Positions 1-11,035 are shown, counted from the stretch's first letter. The stretch: DNA of 32,000 nucleotides from Vibrio cholerae ATCC 14035 (GCF_000621645.1 NZ_JHXR01000023.1:1-32000); one strand, 5' to 3'. Made by a program: numbers and translations. Notes: generated by a model from the letters alone, not told the origin.

Positions 1-33
1 GGGGTCACAGCCTTGTGCTGAAGCAATGAAAAG

Positions 34-684
34 CTAGCTCAATGGGTTATGCGGCTCGGCATCATATTGGATGACCGCTTGCTTGAGTGCCGCCAAATCC
101 AATGCGCATAAGTACGATTTGAGCGCCGTAAATTTTTCCGGCGGCCAGTCGTACACTTTCAACGCAAGCAGCTCGTCAATCACCTTTGCGTCAAAACGGT
201 ACTTCACCAACTGGGCTGGCGATCCCGCCACAATGCTGTAAGGCGCCACATCTTTGGTCACGACACTATTGGCCGCCACAATCGCGCCTTCACCAATCTT
301 GACACCCGGCATGATCATGGCGCGCATCCCTAACCATGCGCCATCACCAATCTCGGTATTCCCTTTTCCTACGTAGGCTTGTTCAATCACATCCATAAAA
401 GGATACAGGCAGAACCAATCGGCTCTATGGGTATGATTACCGCCCATTAAAATCACGACTTCCGCCCCGATACAAACGTAGTCACCAATCACCAGTTGAT
501 CGATTTCCCATAACGGGTCCCAACGTTGGCTAATCTCATCGCCATGTAAATAGCGCACAACCGACGCTTCAAAACCGGCATCCCAGCAATCGCTGTAATA
601 GCTGTGTTTACCTTTGATAATGATGTTTGGATTTTTCACTACTTCATGCAGCAGTTGGACTTTTGACCAATGCTTTTGACTCAT
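34..684 (-). CDS. Hexapeptide-repeat xenobiotic O-acetyltransferase, Vat (streptogramin A acetyltransferase)-like
   Basis: I trimmed ORF 34..732 to the ATG at 684, which follows GAGGTGGAAT (Shine-Dalgarno, SD). The left-handed beta-helix core IMPGVKIGEGAIVAANSVVTKDVAPYSIVAGSPA is almost identical to the Vat/XAT signature as I remember it. The N-terminal KGKHSYYSD motif is also typical of that family. Confidence 0.85.
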   Translation of the reverse strand: MSQKHWSKVQLLHEVVKNPNIIIKGKHSYYSDCWDAGFEASVVRYLHGDEISQRWDPLWEIDQLVIGDYVCIGAEVVILMGGNHTHRADWFCLYPFMDVIEQAYVGKGNTEIGDGAWLGMRAMIMPGVKIGEGAIVAANSVVTKDVAPYSIVAGSPAQLVKYRFDAKVIDELLALKVYDWPPEKFTALKSYLCALDLAALKQAVIQYDAEPHNPLS

Positions 685-1064
685 ATTCCACCTCAAATTC
701 GTGGTGTGCAGACGCTTTCTACTTGCTCTCAAGTAGACCTATTCAGAAAAAATGATACGAATAAGCAAAGTCAATGAATTCGGGGCTGTTTTAATAACGG
801 GATGAGTTTCATGCAAGATCCAAAAATAAGCGGCGGCTAAAGATACCACAGCCTAGGCACACACCCAAAACCAGAGATAAATCACTATTTGTAGCCATAC
901 AAATAACCGACAACAAGCTGTACAAATTTTCAACTGTGCCACAATTTTTTGACTTTCAGCCCTACACAGCTTGAAGGTGATCAATGATTCTTCACACTTA
1001 ACATTCACAGTATCAATGTGAGCTTTATGATGCTTCAAAATACCGTAAATAAGAGAGGCATCTT

Positions 1065-2465
1065 ATGAAATCATCGTATGTTGTTCTTTGTGCCACATTC
1101 GCGGCAGCAAGTTTTACTAGCAGCGTACAAGCAGAAGCCATTTTGCATGCTTTTAACTGGAAATATGCAGATGTCACTGCGAATGCAGCACAGATCGCCG
1201 CCGCAGGTTATAAAAAAGTGCTGATCTCACCAGCATTGAAATCCAGCGGCAATGAATGGTGGGCTCGTTACCAACCTCAAGATCTGCGAGTCATTGACTC
1301 ACCTCTTGGCAACAAAACCGACTTACAAACACTGATCAAAACGCTGCAAGATTACGGTGTTGAAGTATATTCGGATGTGGTGTTTAACCATATGGCAAAC
1401 GAAAGTTGGAAGCGTAGTGATCTCAATTATCCGGGCAGCGAAGTACTAGCCAGCTACACTAACCAAGCTTATTACTATCAACAACAGAAACTGTTCGGTG
1501 ATTTGTCGCACAATCTCTTCTCACAAAATGATTTCCATCCTGAAGGTTGTATTACTGATTGGGGCAACCCCGGTCATGTTCAGTATTGGAGGCTATGCGG
1601 TGGCGCAGGTGATCGCGGTCTACCAGACTTGGATGCCAACGCTTGGGTCATCAATCAACAGCGAGCCTATTTACAAGCGCTTAAGCAAATGGGTATCAGA
1701 GGATTTCGAATTGATGCGGTTAAGCACATGAGTCAATACCACATTGACCAAGTCTTCACACCAGAGATTATTTCGGGCATGCATGTGTTTGGCGAAGTGA
1801 TCACAAGTGGGGGTCAAGGTGATGGCAGTTATGATGCCTTCCTAGCTCCTTATCTGAATAACACCACACACGCCGCATACGACTTTCCTCTATTTGCCTC
1901 CATTCGTGCCGCATTTTCTTATCAAGGTTCGATGAGTCAATTGCATGATCCACAAGCCTATGGACAAGCATTACCAAACGCCCGCGCCATCACGTTTGCG
2001 ATTACCCATGATATTCCCACTAATGATGGATTCCGTTATCAGATCCTCAACCCGCAAGATGAGCAACTCGCTTACGCTTATCTACTCGGGAAAGATGGTG
2101 GAACACCGCTGATTTATAGTGATGATCTGGCTGATCACGAAGATAAAGATAATGGTCGTTGGGCGAATGTTTGGAATCAACCATCAATGCAACATATGCT
2201 GCGCTTCCATAACGCAATGCAAGGTAAACCTATGACGGTTATGTATAGCGACTCATGTTTGCTGCTCTTCAAACGGGGTAAGGAAGGTGTCGTAGGTATT
2301 AATAAATGTGGTGAGTCAAAAAATGTCACCATAGATACTTATCAGCATGAATTTAACTGGTATCAGACCTATCAAGATACTTTAAGTGACGACCGTTTTA
2401 GCGTGAGCAGTCGCTACCATACGTTAACTATCCCAGCACGTGTTGCGCGCATGTGGATGCTGTAA
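1065..2465 (+). CDS. Secreted alpha-amylase, glycoside hydrolase family 13
   Basis: SD AGAGAGG lies upstream of the ATG. Signal peptide is MKSSYVVLCATFAAASFTSSVQA. The four GH13 conserved regions are present: DVVFNHM, GFRIDAVKHM, FGEVIT and FAITHDI. The size (466 aa) fits Aeromonas/Vibrio-type amylases. Confidence 0.9.
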   Translation: MKSSYVVLCATFAAASFTSSVQAEAILHAFNWKYADVTANAAQIAAAGYKKVLISPALKSSGNEWWARYQPQDLRVIDSPLGNKTDLQTLIKTLQDYGVEVYSDVVFNHMANESWKRSDLNYPGSEVLASYTNQAYYYQQQKLFGDLSHNLFSQNDFHPEGCITDWGNPGHVQYWRLCGGAGDRGLPDLDANAWVINQQRAYLQALKQMGIRGFRIDAVKHMSQYHIDQVFTPEIISGMHVFGEVITSGGQGDGSYDAFLAPYLNNTTHAAYDFPLFASIRAAFSYQGSMSQLHDPQAYGQALPNARAITFAITHDIPTNDGFRYQILNPQDEQLAYAYLLGKDGGTPLIYSDDLADHEDKDNGRWANVWNQPSMQHMLRFHNAMQGKPMTVMYSDSCLLLFKRGKEGVVGINKCGESKNVTIDTYQHEFNWYQTYQDTLSDDRFSVSSRYHTLTIPARVARMWML

Positions 2466-2473
2466 CACCATCA

Positions 2474-2499
2474 AGAGTGATCTCTGATCACTCTTTTTC
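2474..2499 (+). terminator. Rho-independent terminator after the amylase gene
   Basis: Stem AGAGTGATC, loop TCT, stem GATCACTCT, followed by TTTTT. It lies 9 nt after the stop codon. Confidence 0.8.
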
Positions 2500-2637
2500 A
2501 TTCCGTTATTTCTCCCAATACTCATCGTTAGTTACCTTGACTGCTAGCTTTACCTAAATTTACTCAGACAAACTGTTCACAATCTAAGCTAATCGCGCAT
2601 AATAGCCATGACCTTATGAAACCTGTGGAAATGGATT

Positions 2638-3171
2638 ATGAATAACACAAAAACCTATTCGAAAACCTCGATTGCTCTGCACTGGATAGTTGGTCTGGCC
2701 TTTATTGGCGTATTTATCGTCGGAGCCTATCTATCCGACTTACCGCGTGGGCCAGAAAAAATGGAACTAGTGGCGCTGCATAAATCCTTTGGCGTGCTGA
2801 TCTTGCTGATCGCGCTCGCGCGGGTCTTTTGGCGAATCAAAGAAGGGGCGATTCCGCCAGCCTCTGTGATGCCAGCTTGGCAAGAAAAAGTCGCGAAAGC
2901 GGTTCATGGTTTATTGTTGCTCGCCACACTGGCGATGCCACTTTCTGGGATCGCGATGAATATCGGCGGAGGGCGTGCACTGGAAGTGTTTGGTTATACG
3001 CTGGTTGCGGCAGGTGAAAAAGTGGTTTGGTTGCAAGAGCTTGGCGCAGCCGTTCACAAAACTGCGCCTCCCATTATTATCGCTATCGTGCTGCTGCACA
3101 TCGCGGCGGTGCTTAAGCATCATCTGATTGATAAAGATGCCACTATGGCTCGTATGTTAGGCCGTGGTTAA
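2638..3171 (+). CDS. Cytochrome b561 family membrane protein
   Basis: 177 aa with four predicted transmembrane (TM) helices. Conserved His residues occur in IALHW, ALHKSFG and LLHIAAVLKHH, as in the CybB/YceJ family. Confidence 0.85.
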   Translation: MNNTKTYSKTSIALHWIVGLAFIGVFIVGAYLSDLPRGPEKMELVALHKSFGVLILLIALARVFWRIKEGAIPPASVMPAWQEKVAKAVHGLLLLATLAMPLSGIAMNIGGGRALEVFGYTLVAAGEKVVWLQELGAAVHKTAPPIIIAIVLLHIAAVLKHHLIDKDATMARMLGRG

Positions 3172-3230
3172 TATCCTAGCCTCTCATGTTGTCCATTGTG
3201 CCTAGCGGAAATTATTAGGTGCAAGCATAG

Positions 3231-3258
3231 AAAAAGCCACCAACGCATGGTGGCTTTT
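3231..3258. terminator. Bidirectional terminator between convergent cytochrome b561 and ulaG
   Basis: AAAA, stem AGCCACCA, loop ACGCA, stem TGGTGGCT, then TTT. An A-run on one side and a T-run on the other would let it work on both strands. Confidence 0.8.
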
Positions 3259-3270
3259 GATCATTCATCC

Positions 3271-4362
<1,092 letters not shown>

Positions 4363-4464
4363 TTAAGATAAATTTTGGATGTAGGGAACCAAGCGCCGAA
4401 ATCCTGAAGATTGGCACTGGCCAGTTGGGTTAGTTTTTTTAATTTGGTAAAAGTGAGTGAAACG

Positions 4465-5220
4465 CTACACTAAAATCACTTGCGTCCCTTGTGCCTCAAT
4501 GGCTTTCACCACTTCAGCATTCGCATTTTTACCGGTGATGACGATGTCAATTTTGCTGGTAGAGCAAAACAGCATGCCGGTACGCTGCCCGACTTTTGAG
4601 CTGTCCACCACTACGACTAGCTTATCGATCTGCTCTAGCATCTGCTGTTCAGCAACCGCTGTGAGCATATCGGTTTTGTACAATCCCGCTTCGGTTAGCC
4701 CTTTGCCAGAGGTAAACATCCAGTTTCCCGCATAACCGCCAAGAGAATCTGGCGCGGGGTTGAGGAAAATGCTTTGCGCTCGATTGTATTGTCCGCCAAT
4801 GATGATCACATCATCGTGATCTTCATTGATCAGATAGCTCGCCAACGGAAAATAGTTGGTCACTATCTGTACGTTTTCGCCACACAACTGCTGGCCCAGC
4901 AAAAAGGCGGTCGAACCACAGTTGATCACCACACTATCGCCTGGTTGGCAGAGTTCAGCCGCTTTCAAGGCAATTAGCGATTTCTCTTCATAATGCTCTG
5001 TGCTGTTGATATTGAGCGGTGACCATTTTCTTTTTTGATTTTCAATGCGCTCTGCCCCATTACGCACTTTGCGCAGTTTACCTAGCTCATCAAGCTTGGC
5101 GATATCGCGCCGCGCCGTGGCTGGTGAGACATTAAAGCGCTCAATAATGTGCGAAACGTTAATCGCTTGATTCTCTTCAAGCAGAGACAAAATACCGTTA
5201 TGTCGTTGGACTTCATTCAT
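4465..5220 (-). CDS. ulaR: DeoR-family transcriptional repressor of the ascorbate regulon
   Basis: 251 aa with strong similarity to E. coli UlaR. Shared segments include SPATARRDI.KLDE.GKL.KVRNGAE, VVINCGSTAFLLG and MFTSGKGLT.EGLYKTDMLTA.AEQ. Confidence 0.9.
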   Translation of the reverse strand: MNEVQRHNGILSLLEENQAINVSHIIERFNVSPATARRDIAKLDELGKLRKVRNGAERIENQKRKWSPLNINSTEHYEEKSLIALKAAELCQPGDSVVINCGSTAFLLGQQLCGENVQIVTNYFPLASYLINEDHDDVIIIGGQYNRAQSIFLNPAPDSLGGYAGNWMFTSGKGLTEAGLYKTDMLTAVAEQQMLEQIDKLVVVVDSSKVGQRTGMLFCSTSKIDIVITGKNANAEVVKAIEAQGTQVILV

Positions 5221-5263
5221 ACCATCACCTAACTGAGAAAAAACTCACCGAATGTCGACTTAG

Positions 5264-5497
5264 TGATTATTTGGTGATTAATCTTGATTGGTTTTGATTC
5301 TATTAATCATCGTAAATCTTGTCAAACTTTCTGCACATAGAAATCATACATTTATCACAATTAAATTTAAGTTATTGATTTTTAATCAAATAACAAAAGC
5401 CAAGGTGATCTACCTATCATTTATGTGGTTTTCTTTTGGGCAAAATTGATAAAAATCAAAATAATCACAAATGAGCATTGAATGATTACTTTTGATT
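5264..5497. promoter_or_regulatory. Divergent ulaR/ulaA control region with a phased TGATT/AATCA motif array
   Basis: TGATT starts at 5264, 5275, 5285 and 5295 (spacing 11, 10, 10), and again at 5483 and 5493 (spacing 10). Inverted pairs are GTTATTGATT-TTT-AATCAAATAAC (5371..5394) and TTGAT-AAAA-ATCAA (5446..5459). I counted about 13 TGATT/AATCA pentamers in the 365-bp spacer. Confidence 0.5.
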
Positions 5498-5585
5498 GTT
5501 AAAGTCTATTCCGTGAGCAAAAGGAGCGATTTTACGCACCACCAAAAATCACTCTTCCTACATCAAAACAACTAAGGGTAGAGAT

Positions 5586-7346
5586 ATGGAGTTCTTGTAC
5601 GACGTTTTCTATATTTTTTACAGCCAAGTAATGACCAAAGCCCCTTTGCTGCTAGGGCTAGTCACCTTAATCGGCTATTGGCTGCTAAGACGCGATGCGA
5701 CAACCATCATTAAAGGTTCAATCAAAACCATTGTCGGTTTTATGCTGGTACAAGTGGGCGCAGGCACACTGGTCGCTGGCTTTAAACCTGTGATTGAAAA
5801 GCTGTCGCAATACCACGGTTTAACCGGATCAGTGATTGACCCCTACACCTCGATGATGGCCACCATGGAAACCATGGGCGACAACTATTCATGGGTCGGG
5901 TACGCCGTGCTGCTAGCACTGGCGATCAACATTCTGTTGGTGCTGTTTCGCCGCTACACCGGCATTCGTACCATCATGCTGACTGGACACATCATGTTCC
6001 AGCAAGCGGGTTTGATTGCGGTGTTCTACTTTGTGCTCGGCGCTGGCATGTGGGAAACCATCATTTATTCGGCGGTATTGATGGCGCTCTACTGGGGCAT
6101 CTCTTCTAACATCATGTTCAAACCGACCGAAGAAGTCACTGGCGGCGCGGGTTTCTCCATCGGCCACCAACAGCAAGTCGCTTCATGGATCGCCACCAAA
6201 ATCGCTCCCAAACTGGGGGATAAAAAAGACAGTGTTGATCACCTGCAACTGCCTAAATGGCTGCATATTTTCCACGACAGCATCGCTGCCACCGCGATTG
6301 TGATGACGGTGTTCTTCGGCATCATTCTGCTCTCTTTCGGTCTGGATAATCTGCAAGAGATGGCGGGCTCCACCCACTGGACTATCTACATCCTCGAAAC
6401 GGGCCTTAAGTTTGCCGTCGCGATCCAAGTGATTGTGGCCGGTGTACGTATGTTTGTCGCCGAGCTGTCTGAAGCGTTTAAAGGCATCTCCGAGCGCGTT
6501 ATTCCTAATGCTGTGCTCGCGATTGACTGTGCGGCGATCTACGCCTTCTCTCCCAATGCCATGGTGTTTGGCTTTATGTGGGGCGCACTCGGCCAATTTG
6601 CAGCAGTCTTAGCCATGCTGGCGTTTAATGCGCCAATCATGATCATCCCCGGCTTCATTCCTATGTTCTTCTCCAACGCAACGATTGGCGTCTTTGCGAA
6701 CCATTTCGGCGGTTGGAAAGCGGTGATGAAGATCTGTTTTGTGATGGGCATTATCGAAGTGCTCGGCTCTGCATGGGCAATTCACCTCTTCACCCAACAA
6801 GGCACCGAATTCAGCGGCTGGATGGGCATGGCCGACTGGGCTTTGGTCTTCCCACCGATTATGCAAGGTTTGTCCGCCTCGAAACTCTTCTTCTTCGTAC
6901 TGGTTGCCCTGGCGTTGGTCTACATGTTCTTTGCTTCCAAACAGTTACGCGCCGAAGAAGATGCACAAGGTAGTATCACGGTCAGTGACGAGCCGGAAGT
7001 GATTGAAGCGGTTGAACAAGCTCTACAAGCTGCGCAAGGCACTCGTCCAGTGAGCATTCTGGCAGTGTGCGGTAACGGCCAAGGTTCATCGATGATGATG
7101 AAGATGAAAATCGGCAAGTATCTGGAGCAAAAAGGCATTCCACACGTGATGGATTCTTGCGCGGTGTCTGATTACAAATCCAAACTCGCGACCACCGACA
7201 TCATTGTCTCCTCGAAACACCTCTCAGCCGAGATGGAACCGGGCGAAGGCAAGTTTGTGCTCGGGGTGCAGAACATGCTGAACCCGAATTCCTTTGGCAA
7301 TGAACTGCTCGACATTATCCATAACCATTTTGTGAAAATTCGCTAG
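5586..7346 (+). CDS. ulaA: PTS ascorbate-family transporter, EIIC-EIIB fused in one polypeptide (UlaA-UlaB)
   Basis: Residues 1 to about 470 are colinear with E. coli UlaA (MEFLY..FYSQVMT.APLLLG ... [18 protein letters not shown]). After a roughly 35-aa linker, the C-terminus matches UlaB, including the phospho-Cys loop [18 protein letters not shown]. Confidence 0.9.
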   Translation: MEFLYDVFYIFYSQVMTKAPLLLGLVTLIGYWLLRRDATTIIKGSIKTIVGFMLVQVGAGTLVAGFKPVIEKLSQYHGLTGSVIDPYTSMMATMETMGDNYSWVGYAVLLALAINILLVLFRRYTGIRTIMLTGHIMFQQAGLIAVFYFVLGAGMWETIIYSAVLMALYWGISSNIMFKPTEEVTGGAGFSIGHQQQVASWIATKIAPKLGDKKDSVDHLQLPKWLHIFHDSIAATAIVMTVFFGIILLSFGLDNLQEMAGSTHWTIYILETGLKFAVAIQVIVAGVRMFVAELSEAFKGISERVIPNAVLAIDCAAIYAFSPNAMVFGFMWGALGQFAAVLAMLAFNAPIMIIPGFIPMFFSNATIGVFANHFGGWKAVMKICFVMGIIEVLGSAWAIHLFTQQGTEFSGWMGMADWALVFPPIMQGLSASKLFFFVLVALALVYMFFASKQLRAEEDAQGSITVSDEPEVIEAVEQALQAAQGTRPVSILAVCGNGQGSSMMMKMKIGKYLEQKGIPHVMDSCAVSDYKSKLATTDIIVSSKHLSAEMEPGEGKFVLGVQNMLNPNSFGNELLDIIHNHFVKIR

Positions 7347-7353
7347 CTCGACA

Positions 7354-7391
7354 GGCGGTGGGCAGCCGCACCTCTCTGGTTGCCTACCGCC
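7354..7391 (+). other. Intra-operon stem-loop between ulaA(B) and ulaC, without a T-run
   Basis: Arms are GGCGGTGGGCA and TGCCTACCGCC: 11 bp with one G.U pair and a 16-nt loop. CCCTACG follows, so it does not look like a terminator. Confidence 0.55.
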
Positions 7392-7443
7392 CCCTACGAC
7401 AATAAGAAGCTGGTTTGATCAGCTCTACTCTGGAGATAGAACC

Positions 7444-7950
7444 ATGGGACTCAAACAATCCTTAATCGAAAACAACTCAATCCAACTGCAAGCCAAAGCC
7501 AATAACTGGCGTGAAGCGATCAAAATTGGTACCGATATGTTGATTGCCTCAGGCGCAATCACGCCAGCCTATCACGAGGCGATCATCGCCAGTGTCGAGC
7601 AGCTCGGCCCCTACATCTGCATCGCTCCTAATCTTGCCCTGCCCCATGCGCGCCCCGAAAACGGCGTGTTGAGAACTGCTTTTGCGCTGGTGACCTTACA
7701 AGAGCCGATCTATTTCGAAGGCGAAGATGAGCCAGTGGATGTGCTGATTACCTTAGCCGGCAGTTCCTCCGATGAGCATATGGAAGGACTGATGGAAGTG
7801 ACGCAAGTGCTGGATGATGAAAACAGCGCCACCGGAGTGGATCTGGATAAGCTGCGCCGCTGCCGCGATAAACAGCAAGTGTATGCGGTGATTGACCAAG
7901 CCCTCTCGCAACAAGCTTCTGCCCAACAAGAATTAGCGCACATCGCGTAG
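7444..7950 (+). CDS. ulaC: PTS ascorbate-specific EIIA component
   Basis: 168 aa, similar to E. coli UlaC. Shared features are L.ENNSI.LQA.A..W..A and the phospho-His site [11 protein letters not shown] is GGAGA. Confidence 0.85.
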   Translation: MGLKQSLIENNSIQLQAKANNWREAIKIGTDMLIASGAITPAYHEAIIASVEQLGPYICIAPNLALPHARPENGVLRTAFALVTLQEPIYFEGEDEPVDVLITLAGSSSDEHMEGLMEVTQVLDDENSATGVDLDKLRRCRDKQQVYAVIDQALSQQASAQQELAHIA

Positions 7951-7958
7951 GAGGGAGT

Positions 7959-8651
7959 ATGTACAGCGAACTGAAACAGCGCGTATTCAACGCCAATCTC
8001 AAATTGCCCAAATACGGCTTAGTGACTTTTACTTGGGGCAATGTGTCGGAAATTGACCGCGAACGCGGCGTACTGGCGATTAAACCGAGCGGCGTCGAAT
8101 ACGATGCGATGTGCGCCGAAGATATGGTGATTGTCGACCTCACGGGCAAAGTGGTGGAAGGCAAATTGAACCCATCGAGCGATACCGCAACCCATATTGA
8201 ACTTTACCGCGCCTTTCCCGACATCGGCGGCGTAGTGCACACCCATTCGCGCAGCGCCACGATTTGGGCTCAAGCGGGCATTGATATTCCCGCGCTCGGG
8301 ACAACCCATGCTGATTACTTTTACGGCGACATTCCCTGCACGCGTAAGCTTTCGCACAGCGAAATTGCTGGTGAGTATGAAAAAAACACCGGCCTAGTGA
8401 TCGTCGAAGAGTTTCGTCATCGTCATATCGATCCGATGGCGGTACCGAGTGTGATTGTGGCCGGACACGCGCCTTTCTCTTGGGGCAAAAATGCCGAAGA
8501 TGCGGTGCACAACGCCGTGGTGCTGGAAGAGATCTCCGCAATGGCACTCGCCACTCGCTCGCTCAATAGCGGCATCAAAATTCAGCCCGAATTGTCCGAT
8601 AAACACTACCTGCGCAAACACGGCGCGAACGCTTACTACGGCCAGAGGTAA
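7959..8651 (+). CDS. ulaF: L-ribulose-5-phosphate 4-epimerase
   Basis: 230 aa, near-colinear with E. coli UlaF/AraD. Shared segments are [34 protein letters not shown] and ending YYGQ. I chose ulaF over araD/sgbE from the operon context. Confidence 0.85.
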   Translation: MYSELKQRVFNANLKLPKYGLVTFTWGNVSEIDRERGVLAIKPSGVEYDAMCAEDMVIVDLTGKVVEGKLNPSSDTATHIELYRAFPDIGGVVHTHSRSATIWAQAGIDIPALGTTHADYFYGDIPCTRKLSHSEIAGEYEKNTGLVIVEEFRHRHIDPMAVPSVIVAGHAPFSWGKNAEDAVHNAVVLEEISAMALATRSLNSGIKIQPELSDKHYLRKHGANAYYGQR

Positions 8652-8656
8652 TCGCT

Positions 8657-9478
8657 ATGTATAAAGTGCTCGCCTTGGATCTTGATGGTACTGTGCTCAG
8701 TGACGATCACACCATCCATCCACAAGTCAAAGACGCGATTCGCGCAGCTCAGCAGCATTGTCATGTGCTTATCGTCACGGGTCGTCACCACACCGCTGCG
8801 CGCCCTTACTACGATGAACTGGGTCTGACCACGCCCATCATCTGTTGCAACGGCACGTATGTGTATGACTACGCAAGCGAAACGGTGCTGGAGCACAATG
8901 CGATCGACAAACAAGATGCACTAACCTTTATCGATCTGGCCCAAGAGTTTCAGCTCAAGCTGGTGATGTACATCAAAGATGCGATGACGTACTCGCAGCG
9001 CAGCCCCATCGCCTACATGCAAGCATTGGAAAAATGGGCGCAAGCGGCCTCTCTCACTCATCCGCCGCAAATTTATGCGATTGACTCCTTTCACCAAACT
9101 GCGCGTGACTCTGAGTTTGTATGGAAATTTGTCGTCGAAGGTTTACCAAGCTCGGTTGAGCGACTCCTAGAGCATCCTTGGGTCAACGCCCACTTTAATG
9201 GCGAACGCTCTTGGTCAAACCGCATTGATTTTGCCGCCAAAGGCAACAGCAAAGGGCTGCGCCTTGCGCAATACGTTGCTCAGCTTGGCTACGCCGCCAA
9301 CCATGTGATGGCGATTGGCGATAACCACAATGACATCTCCATGCTGCGCTATGCCGGCCACGGCGTGGCGATGGCCAATGCCGATGACACCGTGAAATCT
9401 TACGCGCGCAGCCTTTGCTCAACCGATAACAACCACGCTGGGCTTGCCCAACTGATACGTGAACATATTCAAGGATAA
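8657..9478 (+). CDS. Cof-type HAD-IIB sugar-phosphate phosphatase
   Basis: 273 aa. HAD motif I is LALDLDGTVL, motif II is IVTGR, and motifs III/IV are K..GL...IGDNHNDISML. SD GAGG lies 6 nt after the ulaF stop. Confidence 0.85.
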   Translation: MYKVLALDLDGTVLSDDHTIHPQVKDAIRAAQQHCHVLIVTGRHHTAARPYYDELGLTTPIICCNGTYVYDYASETVLEHNAIDKQDALTFIDLAQEFQLKLVMYIKDAMTYSQRSPIAYMQALEKWAQAASLTHPPQIYAIDSFHQTARDSEFVWKFVVEGLPSSVERLLEHPWVNAHFNGERSWSNRIDFAAKGNSKGLRLAQYVAQLGYAANHVMAIGDNHNDISMLRYAGHGVAMANADDTVKSYARSLCSTDNNHAGLAQLIREHIQG

Positions 9479-9483
9479 ACAGT

Positions 9484-10131
9484 ATGACCAAACCAATGAT
9501 TCAAATCGCCCTCGACCAAACCAACCTAACCGATGCCGTGGCCGTAGCGAGTAATGTCGCCAGTTACGTCGATGTGATTGAAGTTGGCACCATTTTGGCT
9601 TTCGCGGAAGGAATGAAAGCGGTGTCGACTCTGCGCCACAACCATCCGAATCATATTCTGGTGTGTGACATGAAAACCACCGATGGCGGAGCCATTCTCT
9701 CGCGTATGGCATTTGAAGCGGGGGCGGATTGGATCACCGTGTCGGCTGCCGCACACATCGCGACCATTGCCGCGTGTAAAAAAGTGGCGGATGAGTTAAA
9801 TGGCGAAATTCAAATCGAGATTTATGGCAACTGGACAATGCAAGATGCTAAAGCATGGGTCGATTTAGGCATCACTCAAGCCATTTACCACCGCTCACGC
9901 GATGCGGAATTGGCCGGTATTGGTTGGACAACGGACGATCTCGACAAAATGCGCCAGCTCTCTGCGCTAGGCATTGAGCTTTCGATCACCGGCGGCATCG
10001 TACCAGAAGATATTTACCTGTTTGAAGGGATCAAAACCAAAACCTTTATTGCCGGACGTGCATTAGCAGGCGCCGAAGGCCAACAAACCGCGGCGGCTCT
10101 GCGTGAGCAAATCGACCGTTTCTGGCCATAA
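9484..10131 (+). CDS. ulaD: 3-keto-L-gulonate-6-phosphate decarboxylase
   Basis: 215 aa, colinear with E. coli UlaD. Shared segments are P.IQ.ALD, D.IEVGT, YHRSRDA..AG and FIAGR. Confidence 0.9.
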   Translation: MTKPMIQIALDQTNLTDAVAVASNVASYVDVIEVGTILAFAEGMKAVSTLRHNHPNHILVCDMKTTDGGAILSRMAFEAGADWITVSAAAHIATIAACKKVADELNGEIQIEIYGNWTMQDAKAWVDLGITQAIYHRSRDAELAGIGWTTDDLDKMRQLSALGIELSITGGIVPEDIYLFEGIKTKTFIAGRALAGAEGQQTAAALREQIDRFWP

Positions 10132-10142
10132 CAGGAGGCAGC

Positions 10143-11027
10143 ATGTATCAACATTTACTGCGCCACCGCGTTGGCTTGTATGAAAAAGCGCTGCCCAATC
10201 ACTTAAGTTGGGAGGAAAAACTGGCCTGCACCAAAGAGCTCGGCTTCGATTTTCTGGAGATCTCGGTGGATGAAAGTGACGAGCGCCGCAGCCGCCTCGA
10301 TTGGGATGATGCCACCATTTATTCATTGCACCGCCTTTGTGAGGAGTATGGCGTGCCGCTGCAATCGATGTGCCTTAGCGCTCATCGCAAGTTTCCGTTT
10401 GGCTCGGCCGATCCCGCGCTGCGCGATGAGGCGCTGAAAATTATGCAAAAGGCGATAACCCTCGCCTACAAACTGGGTATTCGCACCATCCAATTGGCGG
10501 GGTATGACGTCTATTACGAGCCCGCCAACTCAGCCACTCATCAGCGTTTTATTGAGGGTATGCAACACGCCGCCCGTTTAGCTGAGCGCGCTGGCGTGAT
10601 GTTAGCCGTTGAGATCATGGATACCCCTTATCTCAATGCGCTGAGTAAATTTGAAGTGCTGAATCGGCAGATCCAATCGCCCTTTTTTACGGCGTATCCA
10701 GACGTTGGCAACATCTCAGGCTGGAATTATGACTTGCTGACCGAACTCTCGTTAAGCAAGCCCCACATCACTCAGATCCACCTCAAGGACACTTACAAGG
10801 TGAGCGAACAGTACGCCGGACAGTTTCGTGATTTAGTGATTGGCGAAGGCGACGTCGACTTTGATGAACTGTTCTGCCGCTTAAAAGCGCTGGATTGCGT
10901 GGTGCCGTTAGTGATTGAAATGTGGGCGCACGATGAACAGTGGCAACAGCATATTCACACCGCGCAGCGTCGATTAAACCAAGCTTGTGATCGCGCCGAA
11001 CTCCCTCGCTTGTTCCCTCATCTTTAA
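10143..11027 (+). CDS. ulaE: L-ribulose-5-phosphate 3-epimerase
   Basis: 294 aa, similar to E. coli UlaE. Shared segments are G.YEKALP, LGFDF.E.SVDE.DER.SRLDW, SMCLSAHR.FP.GS and IQLAGYDVYYE. SD is AGGAGG. Confidence 0.9.
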   Translation: MYQHLLRHRVGLYEKALPNHLSWEEKLACTKELGFDFLEISVDESDERRSRLDWDDATIYSLHRLCEEYGVPLQSMCLSAHRKFPFGSADPALRDEALKIMQKAITLAYKLGIRTIQLAGYDVYYEPANSATHQRFIEGMQHAARLAERAGVMLAVEIMDTPYLNALSKFEVLNRQIQSPFFTAYPDVGNISGWNYDLLTELSLSKPHITQIHLKDTYKVSEQYAGQFRDLVIGEGDVDFDELFCRLKALDCVVPLVIEMWAHDEQWQQHIHTAQRRLNQACDRAELPRLFPHL

Positions 11028-11035
11028 GCTCCTGA

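Noticed and set aside
798-807. CGGGATGAGT, resembling a MalT box (GGGGAKGAGG), upstream of the amylase gene
   Set aside because: It is a single 8-of-10 match about 260 bp from the start codon. MalT promoters need several boxes close to the -35 element. No supporting CRP site was found.
853-1038. 61-aa ORF on the minus strand in the acetyltransferase-amylase spacer
   Set aside because: It has no SD, an odd Cys/Trp-rich composition and no family resemblance. It overlaps the likely amylase promoter region, so I treat it as a chance ORF.
5891-7138. Several 70-137 aa ORFs inside or antisense to ulaA(B), such as 6183..6596 on the minus strand
   Set aside because: They lie entirely within a well-supported, homology-backed gene. 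They have Arg/His/Gly-rich antisense-type composition and no SD.
7710-8664. Antisense or alternative-frame ORFs within ulaC and ulaF (7748..8164, 8019..8357, 8140..8547, 8394..8621)
   Set aside because: Same reasoning: these are shadow ORFs of GC-rich coding sequence with no independent signals.
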